Assembly (NCBI GenBank): GCA_021613535.1
Contig: CP075493.1
Span: 5,580,001-5,644,000, forward strand
Length of the DNA: 64,000 nucleotides
Direction of reading: 5' to 3'
From: Adineta vaga
Lineage: Eukaryota; Animalia; Rotifera
In this document: piece by piece, positions 41,752 to 57,245 of the stretch
How positions within the stretch are numbered: position 1 is the first letter of the stretch
How the letters are laid out: each line of letters begins with the position of its first letter
Made by a program: the position numbers and the translations under genes
The notes under the pieces: generated by a model
Told to the model about the DNA's origin: nothing
The model's input: only the letters and a program-made list of their open reading frames with translations
Database searches by the model: none

Positions 41752-43433
41752 TCAAGCAATTCGCGTTCTACACGTGACAGCCAATGATGAATTTGTCTTT
41801 GATAGTGTTTGTCGAGTTTTTTTAAATAAATTAACTGCACATGCAAATGCACCACCTTGAAGAAATCGAACAAGTTTATCACCAGCTAATGCACCTAGCG
41901 CATACATATTTTCAAAATCAATACATTCATATGTATAAGGATTTATTTGTAGACCATGTTTACTTTTTGAAGTTATTGATTGAAGAAATGGATTCGTTAT
42001 CTCAGCACCTGTCAATCTTGCAACGAACGAGATCTCATATTCAGTAATTGATTGTGTTCGAACATTACGAATATGTACAGTACCATCTTCGGTTATTGAA
42101 ATAATTTCACTTTGTGCACAACATTGATAGGACCAATCGGATAACTAAATGATTTGAGAAATGAAACTTTCTTCTTCTCGACTTTTTTCTATTAGTAACT
42201 TACGGAAGATGTGGATAATTTAGTCAATTCTTTAATATGTTCGTATTCAGGATAGAGAGAAGAAGATAATTGATTAAATATAAGTTCATGATCGTCAATT
42301 GCACGACGAAAGACATGTAAAACAGGTATAGAATGTTGTTGACAAAGAAGAAGTACATCAAGAGCTGTTAATCCACATCCAATTATAAGTAATGGTTTAC
42401 TATTTTTCGATAATCGTTTTTCATGAACGAGAAGATTTTCAATACCGGATAAACATGTGTAAGTAAATGACTGACTTGCTTGTTCTCCAATAATTCCCAA
42501 TGGTATCGTCGTTTTTTGCGGAATACCAGTTGCTAGAACAACATATTTTGTATAGATAGTAAATGGAAGTTTAGTTGATTCTTCATAGCCTCGTATTTTC
42601 CATAATGATTCCGGTATACGAATTTCTCCACTAGAATCATCAAAGAATGGTTCATCAATAGGAGCACGTTCGATTAATGTGACTTCAAAACCATTTCGAA
42701 AATAATTCGTTAAACGATTTCGTTTTACATAATGAATATAATAAGAACGTACTTCATCATATGTCGCTCGTAAAGACAGATTTTCATTATCGATTGTTGA
42801 TGTATTTTCGTTATCTATTGCTAAACGTAAACGATGTGCTCGACGTTGTTGTCGAAATGTATTCATCGGATAATTGGGTAGTTCCATCCAATGAGCCATA
42901 CTTACTGTTTGTAATTGTTTCGATGATAAATTATTCCAAACACCACCAATTCCACCTCGACCTAGACAAGTATGATCGATGGCTAATGATGGATCGTGAC
43001 GCCATTTGATTTTCGATTGTAAATGTGCACCGAGATCAGCATCAGGATGTGTTAAATTATCAATCAGTAGGGAAACAGGATTTCGTGAACGACCTTCTAG
43101 ACCGTCGGATAGAAATTCCAAATCCTAAACAACAAGAAAATATGAAACAATCAAATGTATAGATTTTGTCGAATAAACCTGTTCGAAAAGAGAATTGTCT
43201 TTGACGTATTGTTCTAATTTCAGGTTCAAATAATCATTTGATACTGGACAACCATTCCAATAAGGTATATGTCCCGACAAAAGATAAGAAAGAACAATAG
43301 CAGATGGACCATTTCCTAAATGTATAACGAAAAGTTTTCATTCTTTTGAAGTTTTGATTATTCATTCATACATACCAATTACAACAACTTCTTTTCGTTC
43401 AGAATTCTGTTTTTCAACTGTGCTCATAGCCAT
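41752..43433 (-). CDS. OSGIN: Oxidative stress-induced growth inhibitor (OSGIN1/2-like FAD-dependent oxidoreductase fold)
   Basis: VVVIGNGPSAIVLSLILSG, DLEFLSDGLEGRSRNPVSLL, HPDADLG, VVLATG, IIGCGLTALD, YPEY and MYALGALAGDKLVRFLQGGA. Confidence 0.9.
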
Positions 43434-44504
43434 TAACTATTAGTTGTCACAGAGAACAATGAAAGTACTCTCAATTTTGTTTTGTGATAAGACGAAATAA
43501 AATATATAGATGAAAAATATGCTTTGTCATTCTCAAATATATATATATCCTCTTTTTTCTCTCTCGTTCTTTATTTTATATTGGCATTTAAGAGAAAATT
43601 GTTTTTCTTTCTGTTCTTTCTCTATTCTAGAGAAAAAAAAGGTCGCATTCGTTTGTCTTTCCTTTCTTTTTGTTTTACAAACAAGAAAATAACGAAAAAA
43701 GTATGCAAAGTTCAACTTCAATAGATCATTCGTGAATTGAAAATTATAGAATCTATAGTAAATAAATCCATAAATCTATATGATAAAAATATTTACTAAA
43801 ACAATGCAGCATATTCGTAATGTCTTTTGAGTAAAAATTTCATTTACGATTCACAAATCGATGAATCATTCAATTGAATGATGTTCGTTTTTTACTTCCT
43901 TGATGATAAAGCAAATTTAATAGTATCTGTCATATCTCAGGTTATAACAATCAAACTACGCAATAGATATTCAAGTCGCTATCATTATCTGTCAGGTCAA
44001 TGATAGATTATTGTTGAGATCAGATTCAGTCTGTTCGCTGTAAAACGATACTATTCCGATATTCATTCTGTTTTTGTATAATACGCCATTTACTCCATCT
44101 AGCTTGTACAAATTGCCATCGATAAGCTATGTAAAGAAAAACAGGACGACATTCCGTATACTCGAAATACAATGAGTACGCTGACAGATGACATGAAACA
44201 GTCTTTTCATTCATATACCATTCTGCCGTTATTGGCTGGAAGAAAACAAAAGCAATACAGTTTTTCAAATGTTCACACGTTTTATTCAACTGGATTTCGC
44301 GAGAAAAGAAAATGAAAAGGCAGAGAAATGTTGAAGAATTCTTCAGATGTGCACAAGGAAAAGAGGGAAAACGAGTTATATACAACTCTCTAAGCACACA
44401 TTTGAATATTGTAATCGAAGCGTAAAAAGATAAACTAGAAATACTGTTATCATTTCGATCACCGCAAATATAGACATATACACAAACAAGGAAAGATTTT
44501 CATT

Positions 44505-47403
44505 TCACTCAGTTTTAATATTTGTACAAGCAGTTGCAGCAGCTAATAATAAATCATCATCGTCCTCATCATTCATATTCATTTGAATTGTTTTATCAAT
44601 GGACGGATAGATATCATCAAGTTCGATCGATGTTCGAATATCATTTGAATCTTTTTGTTGAGCTAATTTTTGTAATGAATCAAATGTAAATGGGGAAATT
44701 TCACCTGGTGGTGTTGTTTTATCATCATCAGATGATGTTGATGAATTGATTTGATTATTCTCAGTAGATTTCTTACGAGAACGAGTGTTATCAGCTAACA
44801 TTCAAAAGAAAAAGAAATTGTATAGATAGAAAATATTATCATTAGAATATTTTATACCTGTTCGTGTTGTATATTGTGGTTTAGGTGGATCTGGTTTCAG
44901 ATCAATATGAAATTGATCACCGTCATGAATGTTGTACCTAAATTAATTTGAATATATTAAGTATATTCATTTAGGAGAAATTAAACACGACGAAACGAAA
45001 TAAAACGCAATTTATTATTGATAAATTTGATGCAACTTAAGCTTCTCAAATTACATAGATAATATGAATGAATAAATGTTATTCTAGAGTGTTTCGGTCC
45101 AATTGAATGATAAGTAATCTTAGGTCGAAGTTCGATGTTGAAAAAGAAAATGTTACAAAAAATATTTGATAGATTACGAATTACCTTAGTACGAAATAAA
45201 TCAAAATTTTCGATAACATTTGAGGAAAAAGCTTTAAGTTTTATTCTGAATCTTTTTTCGTGTATACTACTCGAAGTTCAAAGATAGCTATCATATTCTC
45301 AATAGTAATAGACTATGAATGAATAGTTCTACAGGAATGATTATTTTACAGTATTAATGATCGGATATAAATTTTTATAACAGGTTCTACAAGCATTAAG
45401 ATGTCTGATCTGAAGACATGTCTATATCTCATTATTATCTGAGAAAAAACGCACTTCTGTAACATCTGCTATGTGTCTCTGGTGACCGATTATGCAATTC
45501 CCGATAGTTGCTCAGTATCATTGATTATTGAAGAAAAAAATAATAATCGTTTCTATATATTCTACGACTACATACGTATGTAATAATCTTTGTGGATATC
45601 GAAGTTCTTCAGGTCCACATACACCCATATTGAAAGCTACATCATCCACATAAAAAACTCGTATACGTGTTAATGGTAAATGAAAAAGTTCGTGAAGATA
45701 TTTTTTAAATTGTTGAACAGTTTGTCGAACATCAATTTCTTTATCATAAGTTATTTGATTATAAGCCAAACGGACATTTGTTATATAAGGTGCACGAATT
45801 TTAATATCAACTAAAGGTTTAAGATTACCATGTTTTTCTGTTAGTTCAAAGTATCTAAAAATTACACACTTTTAATTCATTAAGAAAATAAAACAATTTA
45901 TCTTTCTTGTTGTATTACTACCGTTGGGGTTTATTTTCATGTTGTGAATAATAACGAATAAATCGTCGTTCACTTGTTTCTCTTTCAGTTGCTGTAATAT
46001 CACTTCCATTTAATTTCGTTAATTTTTTCATATAACCAAGTAAGAGAAAAAATCGTTCCTCTTTTTGATAAGGCTAAAATGAAAATTCTTTTATATTTAT
46101 ATATATATGTATATATGCCATAGATAGCAAACTTTTAATAATGGTGCAACATGAATTCGTAAAGCATGTAAACAAGGTAATTTCGTTAATGCAATGATAT
46201 CTTCCCAATCCGATATTTGCACTTGATCAACACTGAGTGTACGTAAATATGGTAAACAGATCGTCACATCATCATCCGAACGAAAACTTGTTAGAGGATT
46301 ATTACTTGCAATTATAGTTTCTACACGTGGAAATAAATGACCCAGACGACATAGTGATTGCCATTCGGTTAAGTTATTATTCGATATATAAACACGTTTG
46401 AGATGTTCATGTTGAAAATTATAGTCTGATGATATTGTTGTGTAATCGTTCGAACAGATTTGAAGTTCTTCCAAACTAAAGAAAAAACAAGTTGAAATTG
46501 TTGAGTCGAAATTATTCATTAGATAGATATAGCAACGTATTTTTACGAATTCAATCAGTTCGTACTACGAAAAAATATGTTAATTACTTTAAATTTTTTC
46601 ATATGGAAAGCCATCAGTATTTTACGGTACAATAAATATGTAATTATGCTGTCTTCTGTTTTCGAAAAAATTAAAATAATATAGAGAATGGATTTCTGGA
46701 TGAATCATACTGAATCATCATTGTTTTGTGAATTAAAAAAGAAAATTATTATTCCTTTTCTATTTATAATCAGGAATAATTTTGAAGATTTCATAGTCCT
46801 AAACTTACTTAGGTGTTTTCTTAAGTAATTCCACTATCATTTCAAGACCAATATGGCTTCCGTTAAGACATAAAGTATTGAGATTAGGCCACTGTAATTC
46901 AGTTGGTAATCGATGAGGATCAGTGGGAAACGGATTGAAACTAAGATTGATTGTTTTGACATGAGGTAACGATGAAAGAAGTAATGATATCTAAATAATC
47001 ATCTATGAAAATAAGAAGCATAAAAAAATAATAAACATACTTCATGCCAATCAGAAAATGCATTGGACGAAATATCGACGAGTTCAACTTGAGAACACGA
47101 CATTGCCACAGCACGAGGATCTGACATGAGATATACGTTCGTCTGTTAGAACAACAGTTGACGCAGTAAGAACTAAACCTGATTCTAATTGTAAAAACAA
47201 AAAAACAACGAACAAAAAATGATCGAATAGTAATTTAAGTGTTTGTTTATTTGTTTACTATTACCTGTTTTTTTCGGTGATGAGCCAACAAAAAATACGA
47301 TATCACAATCATTTTTGAGATCATCAAATGTTGAATCAAAATCACAATAACGTTCGTAAAGAGCATCGGAAAACGATCGCCCAAATATTTCAGTAACAGC
47401 CAT
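44505..47403 (-). CDS. TBCEL: Tubulin-specific chaperone cofactor E-like (LRR + ubiquitin-like)
   Basis: GRSFSDALYERY at the N-terminus, LRRs (INLSFNP, VYISNNNL), KLNGSDITATERETSERRFIRYY, HGNLKPLVDI and a UBL ending GPEELRYPQRLLHTYNIHDGDQFHI. Confidence 0.9.
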
Positions 47404-49743
47404 GATGATCTAGAAAGAAAAACGAAGAGATTTTTTGTCTTGTTATGTCGTTGATGTTTCTGGCCTTGTTGTTCTCATTTATGCACACGCGTTCGTTCTA
47501 TTATCCGCTTTCCAATAACAGAGTAAGTCGAAGAAAAAAAATACGACAAGGTCGTTTTTTTTCTCGTTCTCCTTCATTCCTACACATCAATCATCGTGTA
47601 TGCTATGACGCATGACATTGTCAGCTGACTTGCTACTCGTGTTAAGAATACTGACCGCAGAATATTACGGAAGATTTAGCACGTCGAATGTATGGAGAGT
47701 TAATTATTACGTACGAATAACAAAAAAAAAGAAACGGATAGATAAGAAATGGTCTGAAGTCACATCTATATATATACAATATGAGATCAAATAAAAAATT
47801 CATCATCGACGACAGAGAAAAAGAAAAAAGCTTGTTCAATGACTCAGTTCTCTTCGTCATCATTTCTTCATATATTTAACCCTCTACAAAGCTCACCCCT
47901 ATACCGGCTGTCCGTTCTTTTTCTTTCTCTCATTCTTCTGTCACTCACTTACATACTTAGACGATCGAGCAACTAAGTAAGTTGTGCAATCCCATTTTTT
48001 TCTTCTCTTTTACCCTGAACATACAAACATACATGCACGATGTATAATACTTTCTTTCTTTTTGCTACACATTCATTCCTACAAGCAAGTAAGTAATCCA
48101 TCTATCCATCGACAAGATCATGTACACAAGACAAAAAAAATAACAGTAGCTACATCGAACATAACTCTGAGAATGTTTTTCACACTATTCAACTAGATAT
48201 CTATTTTCCATCGATCTACAATAGATTAGATTGGACAAGATAAACTCTCTATTCATGACAAAACAACAAGTTCAAAAGGATAAGGTTTCATAACAAAATG
48301 ACTAATAATGTAGTATGGAAATTAAAGTATGACGATGATGAGTCATTCATCTATTTATCGACTGTGATGAAATATATATTTATTAGATGGACATGTTTCT
48401 ATAGCAGTTGAATCATATGTGGAAGTATGTACTGTAACGATTTCTGATGTTTCCATACTAAAGAAATAGTAAAAAAATAAAATTTATTTTGAAAATATTA
48501 TAAAAAATATCTGACTAGACTTGCCAAAGTCATATGAATACCTAATGTATTCATTAATTGAGGCTCATGGGTGAACGGTATTAAGAAAGCCGATCAATAA
48601 AACAAAAACAAAAATCAAGGAGAATCATACATACATCGAACACGTACATAATCAATTAGCATGGTACTACATACAGAAGGTGCTAAACATCTATCTTAAT
48701 TGATCAGATTTTTCAAGCATTTGTTTGAATCGTCTATAACTTGCAATTTTTCTAGTATTTGCTTGTTAAACGATACCGTGTTCTTCGGTGTTTGATATTG
48801 TTACTGTTTGATTCATTTGTACAAGATATGCATCATTGCAAACAGTCTCCAGTTGTTAGTATAGGGACTTCCGATTGATTTATGAGAAAACATGAACAGT
48901 AGAGACTGCGAAATATAAAAAGAAAAGTCAACGACTAGAAAGAATTTCAATGATGTTTATTTTTCTTACACAATACAATGCAGAGAATGTTACATTCCAT
49001 GTCTAATAAAGAACATAAGCTTCAGCAGTTGTAAGCAGTACTAATATGATAGCAACCGTAGTACGTCGATCTTGTACCGGTCAATTGGTCTTATTCAGCC
49101 TAGTTAATTCAATAATTGATGCTTGTTATCAACTGGCTTGAGAGTTTTCAATTTTACTACAATTATCACTGATTGTATAGATTCATTGTAGAGATATGCG
49201 AAATAATAGATGATTTAATGTAATAAATTTAACGACGATGTATAAATGAAAATGGTTCTGTAAAAAACAAATGTCATCTTTTCTGTTTATAGACATGAAT
49301 CTTATGAAATTAAGATATACATCATCATTTTTTACTCACAAGTTATGTTGATGTCAATATTTATCATCTCTACATGATGTTTTTCTCTAAATAAGACAGC
49401 TCATATAAGCTTGTCGATAAAAAATGATTGTAATTATATCATACACAGTTGGGCTTTGATTTCATCAAAATTGAACTAATTACTATGCGATGAAATTATC
49501 TCTAACTAAACTAATCACATCAGCAGAGAGAATTCCATCATTTGATTATAACACACAATTACAAACAAGCTTTACCTAACCTAAATCGATTTTTTTGATC
49601 CTAAATCATTCGATTAATGGTTGTACGAAATGACAAAAGACTAAGGAGGTTTTCAAACAACTACTATGGCAGAATATTTAACCAATTGAAACGGATGAAA
49701 AAACGTTTTTTTTCGGTTACCACATTATTAACATTTATTAAAC

Positions 49744-50632
49744 ATGGCTCAACGTACGATAACACCTCTTTCAAGGCAAACATCAATCCTTTTACTATGT
49801 GATATGCAAGAAAAATTTCGTCCAACAATTAAATATTTTCCTCAAATTGTTGAAACGTCGAATAAATTATTACAAGCTTGTAAAATTCTTGGTGTACCAT
49901 TTGTGGTTACCGAACAATATCCAAAAGGTAATTCTTTGTAATAAAAAACTGTTATTGATTTCTTCGTATCTATAGGTCTTGGACGAACCGTACCGGAATT
50001 AGACATTGGTGATGTTAAACCATTTGAAAAAACGCTTTTTTCAATGTGTACACCAGAAGTCATTTCCTATATAAAAGAACAAGTGAAAGGTACATTTTAT
50101 CTAATAAATGATATAAAAAATATCGTTACAGAGGATCTAACAGTTTATTCAAACTGTTCTCAGATAAGATTTGTTAATCATTGTATTATTCGATGAATGA
50201 ATTATACTTTCATGAATGTTGTATTTTAATGATCATAAACTTTTTTCCTAATGTAGATTTCAATACTGCTATCATCTGTGGTATTGAAGCTCATGCATGT
50301 GTTTTACAAACAACAATTGATCTTCTTGCAAAAGGCTATCGTGTTTATATTGTTGTCGATGCTGTTTCATCTCGATCGTTGACTGATAGGTATAGTTATT
50401 TTGAAATGATTATAAAATAATGCCTTGAAATTCATGATGATTATTTAGAATGTATGCATTTGAGCATATGCGTCAAGCTGGTGCGTTTTTAACAACATTT
50501 GAATCGATCATTCTTCAAATGACGCAAGATGCAAATCATCCAAATTTCAAACAAATTCAACAATTAATCAAAACATCGGCAGCTGATACAGGACTTCTTG
50601 CTTTACAGAACATTCCAAATGCATCTCTATAA
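49744..50632 (+). CDS. Isochorismatase domain-containing protein (ISOC1/ISOC2 family)
   Basis: LLLCDMQEKFRP, VTEQYPKGLGRTVPEL, KTLFSM, GIEAHACVLQT and VVDAVSSRS. Confidence 0.92.
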
Positions 50633-51089
50633 AACCTAAATATATATATGTATCTTTTTTTTATTTATTAAATAAAATTTTCTTGATATACTCAATCAAA
50701 CAATTGTACATATAAAGATAAAACAGTGACATCTCTAATACATCAGAAGACGTTTACAAATCCTATTCGAGTTCTTATCACTTTTTTTCTCACTGCCCAT
50801 CTTATCTTATCATCTCTTAGCAATACGAAAGATTTATTTTTCAACATACTTTACTCATTTGTTTGCAAAATATCCATTCATTCTTTCATTTTCAGCTATC
50901 TAAATGCATAAAAAGACATTAGTAATCGACTATATTGTTATCATCTCGGGGTCAATGTTGTTCTTTTTCTTGCTACATATATATTCTATTCTAAGACATA
51001 CTCTTTCCGTTCATTTGTCGTACGATTCATCGATACAAACGATATACAGACATATCTACATTTTCAGTTGTATATTCTTCATTTTTTAG

Positions 51090-53315
51090 ATGCCTTTCTG
51101 GAGAAAAGATCAAGCTAATAAAGAAGTATACACAAATGTTATCCAAGGTTTACGACAAATCTATTCAACGAAATTATTACCCCTTGAAGAAGCATATCGA
51201 TTTCATGAATTTCATTCCTCACAATTGGAAGATAGCGATTTTTCAGCCAAACCAATGGTACTACTTGTCGGACAATATTCAGTTGGTAAAACATCATTTA
51301 TTCGATATTTATTAAATGTAAAAGATGTTCTTTTGTAATTTTATAATTCATTCTTGATTATTTTCTAGGAAGATTTTCCTGGCATTCGAATTGGGCCAGG
51401 TAATGATAATGATCAATAGTATTTCATAAATATGATTTTTCTTTCTATAGAACCAACAACGGATTCATTTATTTCCATTATGTACAATGAACATGCAGGT
51501 GTTGTACCAGGCAATGCTTTAGTTGTCGATCCATCAAAACCTTTTCGACCATTATCAAAATTTGGCAATGCTTTTCTAAATCGTTTTGTTTGTTCACAAT
51601 TACGAAATGATATTTTAGAAACAATTACATTTGTTGATACACCAGGTATCTTAGCTGGTGAAAAACAACGTGTTGATCGTGGTTATGAATTTAGTCATGT
51701 ACTTGAATGGTTTGCTGATCGTTGTGATCGAATTTTATTGTTATTCGATGTATCATCATTGGATATATCAGATGAATTGAAACGAGCTATTGAAGTTTTG
51801 AGAAGAAATGATGATAAAATACGTATTGTTTTAAATAAAGCAGATACTGTCGATCAACAAGCATTAATGCGTGTCTATGGTGCGTTAATGTGGTCATTAG
51901 GAAAAGTTCTGGGTACACCAGAAGTTTGTCGTGTTTATGTTGGATCATTTTGGTCAAAACCTTTACAATTTGATACTAATCGTCGTTTATTTGAATTAGA
52001 AGCGAAAGATTTATTTGGTGATTTAGGTGAGGAAAAACACAACGAATTCGATTGTATTGATTTTCAATTGATTAATTTTAGAATCTTTACCAAGAACAGC
52101 AACACTTCGGAAATTAAATGACTTAATCAAACGTGCACGATTAGCTCGAGTAAAAATTTTAGTTATTTCCAAAATAACAAAATATAGTGTCGATTATTGT
52201 AGGTACATGCATTGATTATTAGTGAATTAAAAGAAAATATGCCAAGTGTATTTGGTAAAGATACAAAACGTCGAGAATTGCTCAATGTAATATTTTGTGT
52301 CTTGAATTATTTTATCAATGAAATATCTTTTTCTTTTTCAAAGAATTTACATATAATTTATGAAAAAATTGAACGTGAACAAAATATTCCATTGGGTGAT
52401 TTTCCAAAATTAGAACGTATGCAAGATATTTTACGTAATATGGTTTGTTATTGAAGAATATATTCTCGAAAAAGAAAAAAAAGTTCTCATTCCATTTCAT
52501 CATTTAGGATTTTACAAAATTTAAGCCACTCGATCGAAAACTACTTGATCGAGTCGATAAAATGCTTGCCGAAGATGTACCAAAATTAATGAGTATGTTA
52601 CCACGAGAAGAACTTGCCTATTTTAATTCGAATTCTCAAAATGAAAGTGGAAATATGCCACAAACAAATACAATCTTTCATGATCAACTATCAACACCAT
52701 TTGAAATTGATGGTGTCGAAGGTATTAATGCTGGTGTGGGAGAATATGAATGGATTGTTGAACGTTCAAGACATGAATATGATCAAACATTTGCTAGATT
52801 ATCACCACAAAATGGTAAAATTAGTGGTGCCGTCGCTAAACAAGAAATGATCAAATCAAAACTAGTATGATTGATTGATTGAAATAAAACAAATGACAAA
52901 AATTCTTTTTCATTGCTTTTCTTCTCTAGCCAAACAATGTTCTTGGACGTATATGGAAATTAAGTGATGTTGATAAAGATGGCATGCTTGATATGGATGA
53001 ATGGGCTTTATCTCAACATCTTAGTATGTACTTAAACTTCTTTGAAAGAAAAATTTAATTGAGAATATGTCAAAGTTGAACATGCATACTACTAATTTAT
53101 CTTTATCCTCATGTCAATTGTCAAAAACAGATGTGTACTTCTTTATTTTAGTTAAAATCAAAGTAGAAGGTCATGAATTACCAAATGTACTACCTGATCA
53201 TCTCATGCCACCAAGTAAACGTCATTTAGCTAATAATACTAATAATAATGCTACCAATAATGGAATATATCCTACAATCAATAACAATTACAGCAGTGGA
53301 GGTGATTACAAGTGA
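51090..53315 (+). CDS. EHD1: EH domain-containing ATPase (EHD/RME-1/Past1)
   Basis: [17 protein letters not shown]-loop [26 protein letters not shown], and a C-terminal EH domain [24 protein letters not shown]. Confidence 0.95.
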
Positions 53316-54013
53316 ATTCTTCTTCGTACAAACGAATAATTTTCATTGATTATCATGTTTTTCTTTATTTCTTTTTTACGTTGTAATTCAAACTTTGTAT
53401 TTATTTTATACTTATATCAAAATAATAAAATCAACACGCACTTTATATTATATATATCGACAGATGTGTTTCAATCAATAGGTGAATATTAGGGAAGGAT
53501 GACAACATTTATTCAATATATCTTTCATTAAAAAAAGTCATTTTAATCTTATCATATTTCAACAAACTTAACTAAATGTTATATTTAAAGTTATTTCCGG
53601 TAAAATATTTGTGCATTAGAAGAAAGAAAATGAGCGCGAGACACAGAGAGAGAGAGAGATAATAACTGACAGGATATACGCATGTTACATATGTTCATAG
53701 TTTTGAATCGCAAGAGAAAAAAAAAGTTGATGGTGATAAGAATGTTTCCTGATATTCTCATACATTATGAGATATTATTAACAACTATAGACAGACGAAT
53801 GTATTTGTTCAATAATTTGAACAATAAATAGACAGATTTCATTTCTCTCGTTTTCTCTCAAACTTTTTTTCTCTCATTTAATTTACTAAGAAAAAATCTT
53901 TTCTCTTTTTCTTCTTCCACTTTTCACCGGCATTTTAACATAGACTAATCATCCATTGCTCTCTCTTTCTCTTGTTTTAACTGTTGAGTATGTGTCTCTG
54001 CTTTGTCGATATA

Positions 54014-54059
54014 CTCTCTCTCTCTCTCTCTTCTTTACACACACACACACACACACACA
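54014..54059. repeat. Compound microsatellite (CT)n-(AC)n
   Basis: A CT run at 54014-54031 is followed by an AC run at 54037-54059. Confidence 0.9.
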
Positions 54060-55450
54060 TTTTTTTAAGTTATATAGAGAAACGAGAGAAAGAAAAAAAC
54101 TGAGAATTATATACGAGATAGAATGAATGTTAGATTCATTCAGCAAAAAGCATCGAAATGGAGCAGATGTAATTAATCGACTACTAGAAAAGACAAAAGA
54201 AAGAGTAAGTTGTTTTTTCTTCATAAGTTCAACATAATTTTCTATTAAATCTTATTACTTTACATTATGAGTTAGATAAGAATGTAGAAGAAAGTTCAGT
54301 ATAAGGATTAGACATATAAAAGAAGTAGAAGCTGAGGAAAGAAAAGTGAAACGCCTGCTAGTCGTTGCATACAAAAAAGAAAGGGAAAAATTGTGTCGAA
54401 GAAAAGAAAAGAAGAGGAAAAAAGTCGAAGACGAGTGTTGATGATGAACTTTATTCCGTGTGTTTCATTGTTTTAAAAATGTCGGTTAGAAACAAACGAT
54501 ACTTAGAAGAAAAAAAGAAGAAGAAGAAGAAGAAGTTTTTCAACCTGCAAATATGTTCATGCTTGAACACATTTTCAAATCAAGTAAGTGAAGAGTAAAA
54601 ACGTCAATGAATTGTGTCCCAATGTGTGTAAGCATGCATAATAAAACAAGAAGAAATGAAGATGAACATGATTCACGCGTGACAATAATGACGATTTCTT
54701 TTTATGAGATTGTCGACATGTCGTTTCACAGCCATCAACAGTAATGATTGATGAAGAGTTAGTTTAGAAGGATGAAAATTTGCATAAAATTTCATCACTT
54801 TTTTTTCTCGACTGCTAGCAAGCTGTTGTTTAGAACTAATTTTCCATTTTTTCCAAAAGGAATCTCATTCCAATTAGAAGATTATCATTAAGCAAATTTC
54901 ATTTTCTTTAATTTTTAGTGTCTTTTTTTTATTAAATGACGTTCATTTGGAAGACCTTTGATTTAGTGTTCGGAATATTTTCGATCAACACTAGATTCAA
55001 TGTCTTCTATCTATTACGTCTAATTATTCGACGAACAAAAAAAAAGTTTCTTTTCTCTCTTATTAATAATAAATTGTCTGTTTTGTTGAACTATTTTTTA
55101 ATAAAATAAAATAATTATTGAAATATATACAAAATGATTCATTGGCTAGCAAAAAAATATTTTAATATGGATATAGTTCAATATGCAATGGAGATTTCAA
55201 CTTCTCTATCAATGACGGCTTTTCTTTCTTGTTCTGCATTGTACACAATATTTAATTGGTACCGTTTTGTTCTCTTTTCTCCAATCGATAAATATGGCTG
55301 ACATGAGTTTCGATCTGTTCTGTCATTTTGATGTTGTTGTTGCCATAGAGGAATTTTTTTTGTCGATCACTTCATTTTAACTTCATACACAAGCATGTCA
55401 TAGCAAAAATCATTCACATCTATTAATTTCATTTGAAAAAAAAAGAAGAA

Positions 55451-57122
55451 ATGGATGACGATCTGACAGGTGAGAAAGAGAATATGAAAGAAGTTTTATT
55501 GTACAAATTATATTCTCCTGAATAGAATATCCTACACGACGTGTACGTTTACATCCATGTCCAACTTGTGGACGACAATTCAATTCAGAAACATTGGTGA
55601 GAATTGATGACAAGAAACAATGATGATTATAAAGAATAATGTTGATTTTCAGAATAAACATCAAGCGATTTGTCGAAAAGTTTCGACTAAAAAACGAAGA
55701 ACATTTGATGCAGGAAAACAACGAGCAACAGATTCAGATGTACCATATAAAGCAACGAAACAAACGGCACAGGTACGAGAATTTTTATCATTTAATAAAC
55801 TATGATGTTCGGTTGATTTATGTTTAGATATATAGTGGTGAAGCTCGGCCTCAAGATGAAAGAGTAAGAAAGGTATGAAGTAATAGGATAAATAGTTTTA
55901 TTAAAATTCTAGATAAAATATGGACGGAAACCAAATTGGAGGGAAAAACATCAACAATTGATTCGATCGATTCGTGAGGCACGTTCTGTAACTCGTGCAA
56001 TGAAAGAAGGAGGACCATTGCCAGCATTTCGACCAAGTGAAGTTCCATCAGGTAAATTAATCTTGCTTCATACTTTTTGCTTTGATTATTCATTTAGATT
56101 ATACTAATTGTCCATATTGTCATCGCAATTTCAATCCACATGCTGGTGAACGACATATACCATTGTAAAACAAAGAAAAGAAATATATTCTTTTACTTAT
56201 TCAGTTCATTTTTTTTCGTATTATTTTCAGTTGTCAATCCCAACATGAACGAAAATATGGAAAAAATACTCGACCAAATCCGCAATATGATAGAGTAAAG
56301 CATCGACGTATTGATAAAAATGTTCTTTTTTTATATAAAACTTTTTTTCTACAAGGGACGAACTCTTCCACCACAACAATCCAATCAATATCGAGAACAA
56401 CAAGAATATCAACAACAATTGTATCGAGCAAGCACTAATGCAGATCCACGCGATGTTTATAATAATGGTTACAAACATAGTAACTCAGCTCCAATGATCG
56501 TACGACGCAATCCATCGGAGTAGATAAAAGAAATTTTTCTTTCTAAGCACATATATTTTTCTATTTTTCGTTTACATAGTTATCGAGAACCACCACCACC
56601 ACCACATGCACCGCGAAAAACAGCTAGTGGCGGATGGGGTTTTCGAAAATTGTTTGGCTTAGGTTCAAAAGAAGAGAATCTACCACCATCACGTTATTAT
56701 AGTCCTGAGGTAAACTCTTTATTGAGATAAAAAACAAAAACACATGAAATGATTTATTCTATATTATTTTCAATCAGGATGATTATTATGCTCAACCATC
56801 TCATCGTTCTGTTCAAAAACCAGTACTTATGCGTACAGGACGAACACAAGAAAATACAACTTTAAATATACATGCTCGTCAACGAAGTGATGAAGGAGGT
56901 ACATATATTCGTCGTGTACAACCACCACCGCAACGACAACAACAATATTCTTCATCTCATTATGGTCAAACACGACAGCAGTATGGCAATAATCAATATA
57001 GTTCTACTAGACCAACGGCTGTAGGACGACAACCACCTATAGCAATTCGATGTGGTGATTGTGGTAGTATATTCAATAATCTTTCAGCACGATATTGTCC
57101 TCATTGTGGCTCCAGATGTTAA
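55451..57122 (+). CDS. Zinc finger C2HC domain-containing protein (ZC2HC1/FAM164 family)
   Basis: CPTCGRQFNSETLNKHQAIC, RRTFDAGKQR, TKLEGKHQQLIRSIREAR-type segment, DYTNCPYCHRNFNPHAGERHIP and a C-terminal zinc ribbon CGDCG...YCPHCG. Confidence 0.8.
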
Positions 57123-57245
57123 CAACGAACAGTTTTTGTTCTCTCAATTATATCGAAGTTTTAATTCGAAATAATAACAGAAAAAAAAATAAAACTCACG
57201 CTTTATAACTAAGCAACAAGATCTTCTTTATCTATTCAAGTTTGT

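Noticed and set aside
44026-44397. 123-aa minus-strand ORF downstream of TBCEL
   Set aside because: Low-complexity UTR-like composition, non-ATG start and no motifs; probably TBCEL 3' UTR.
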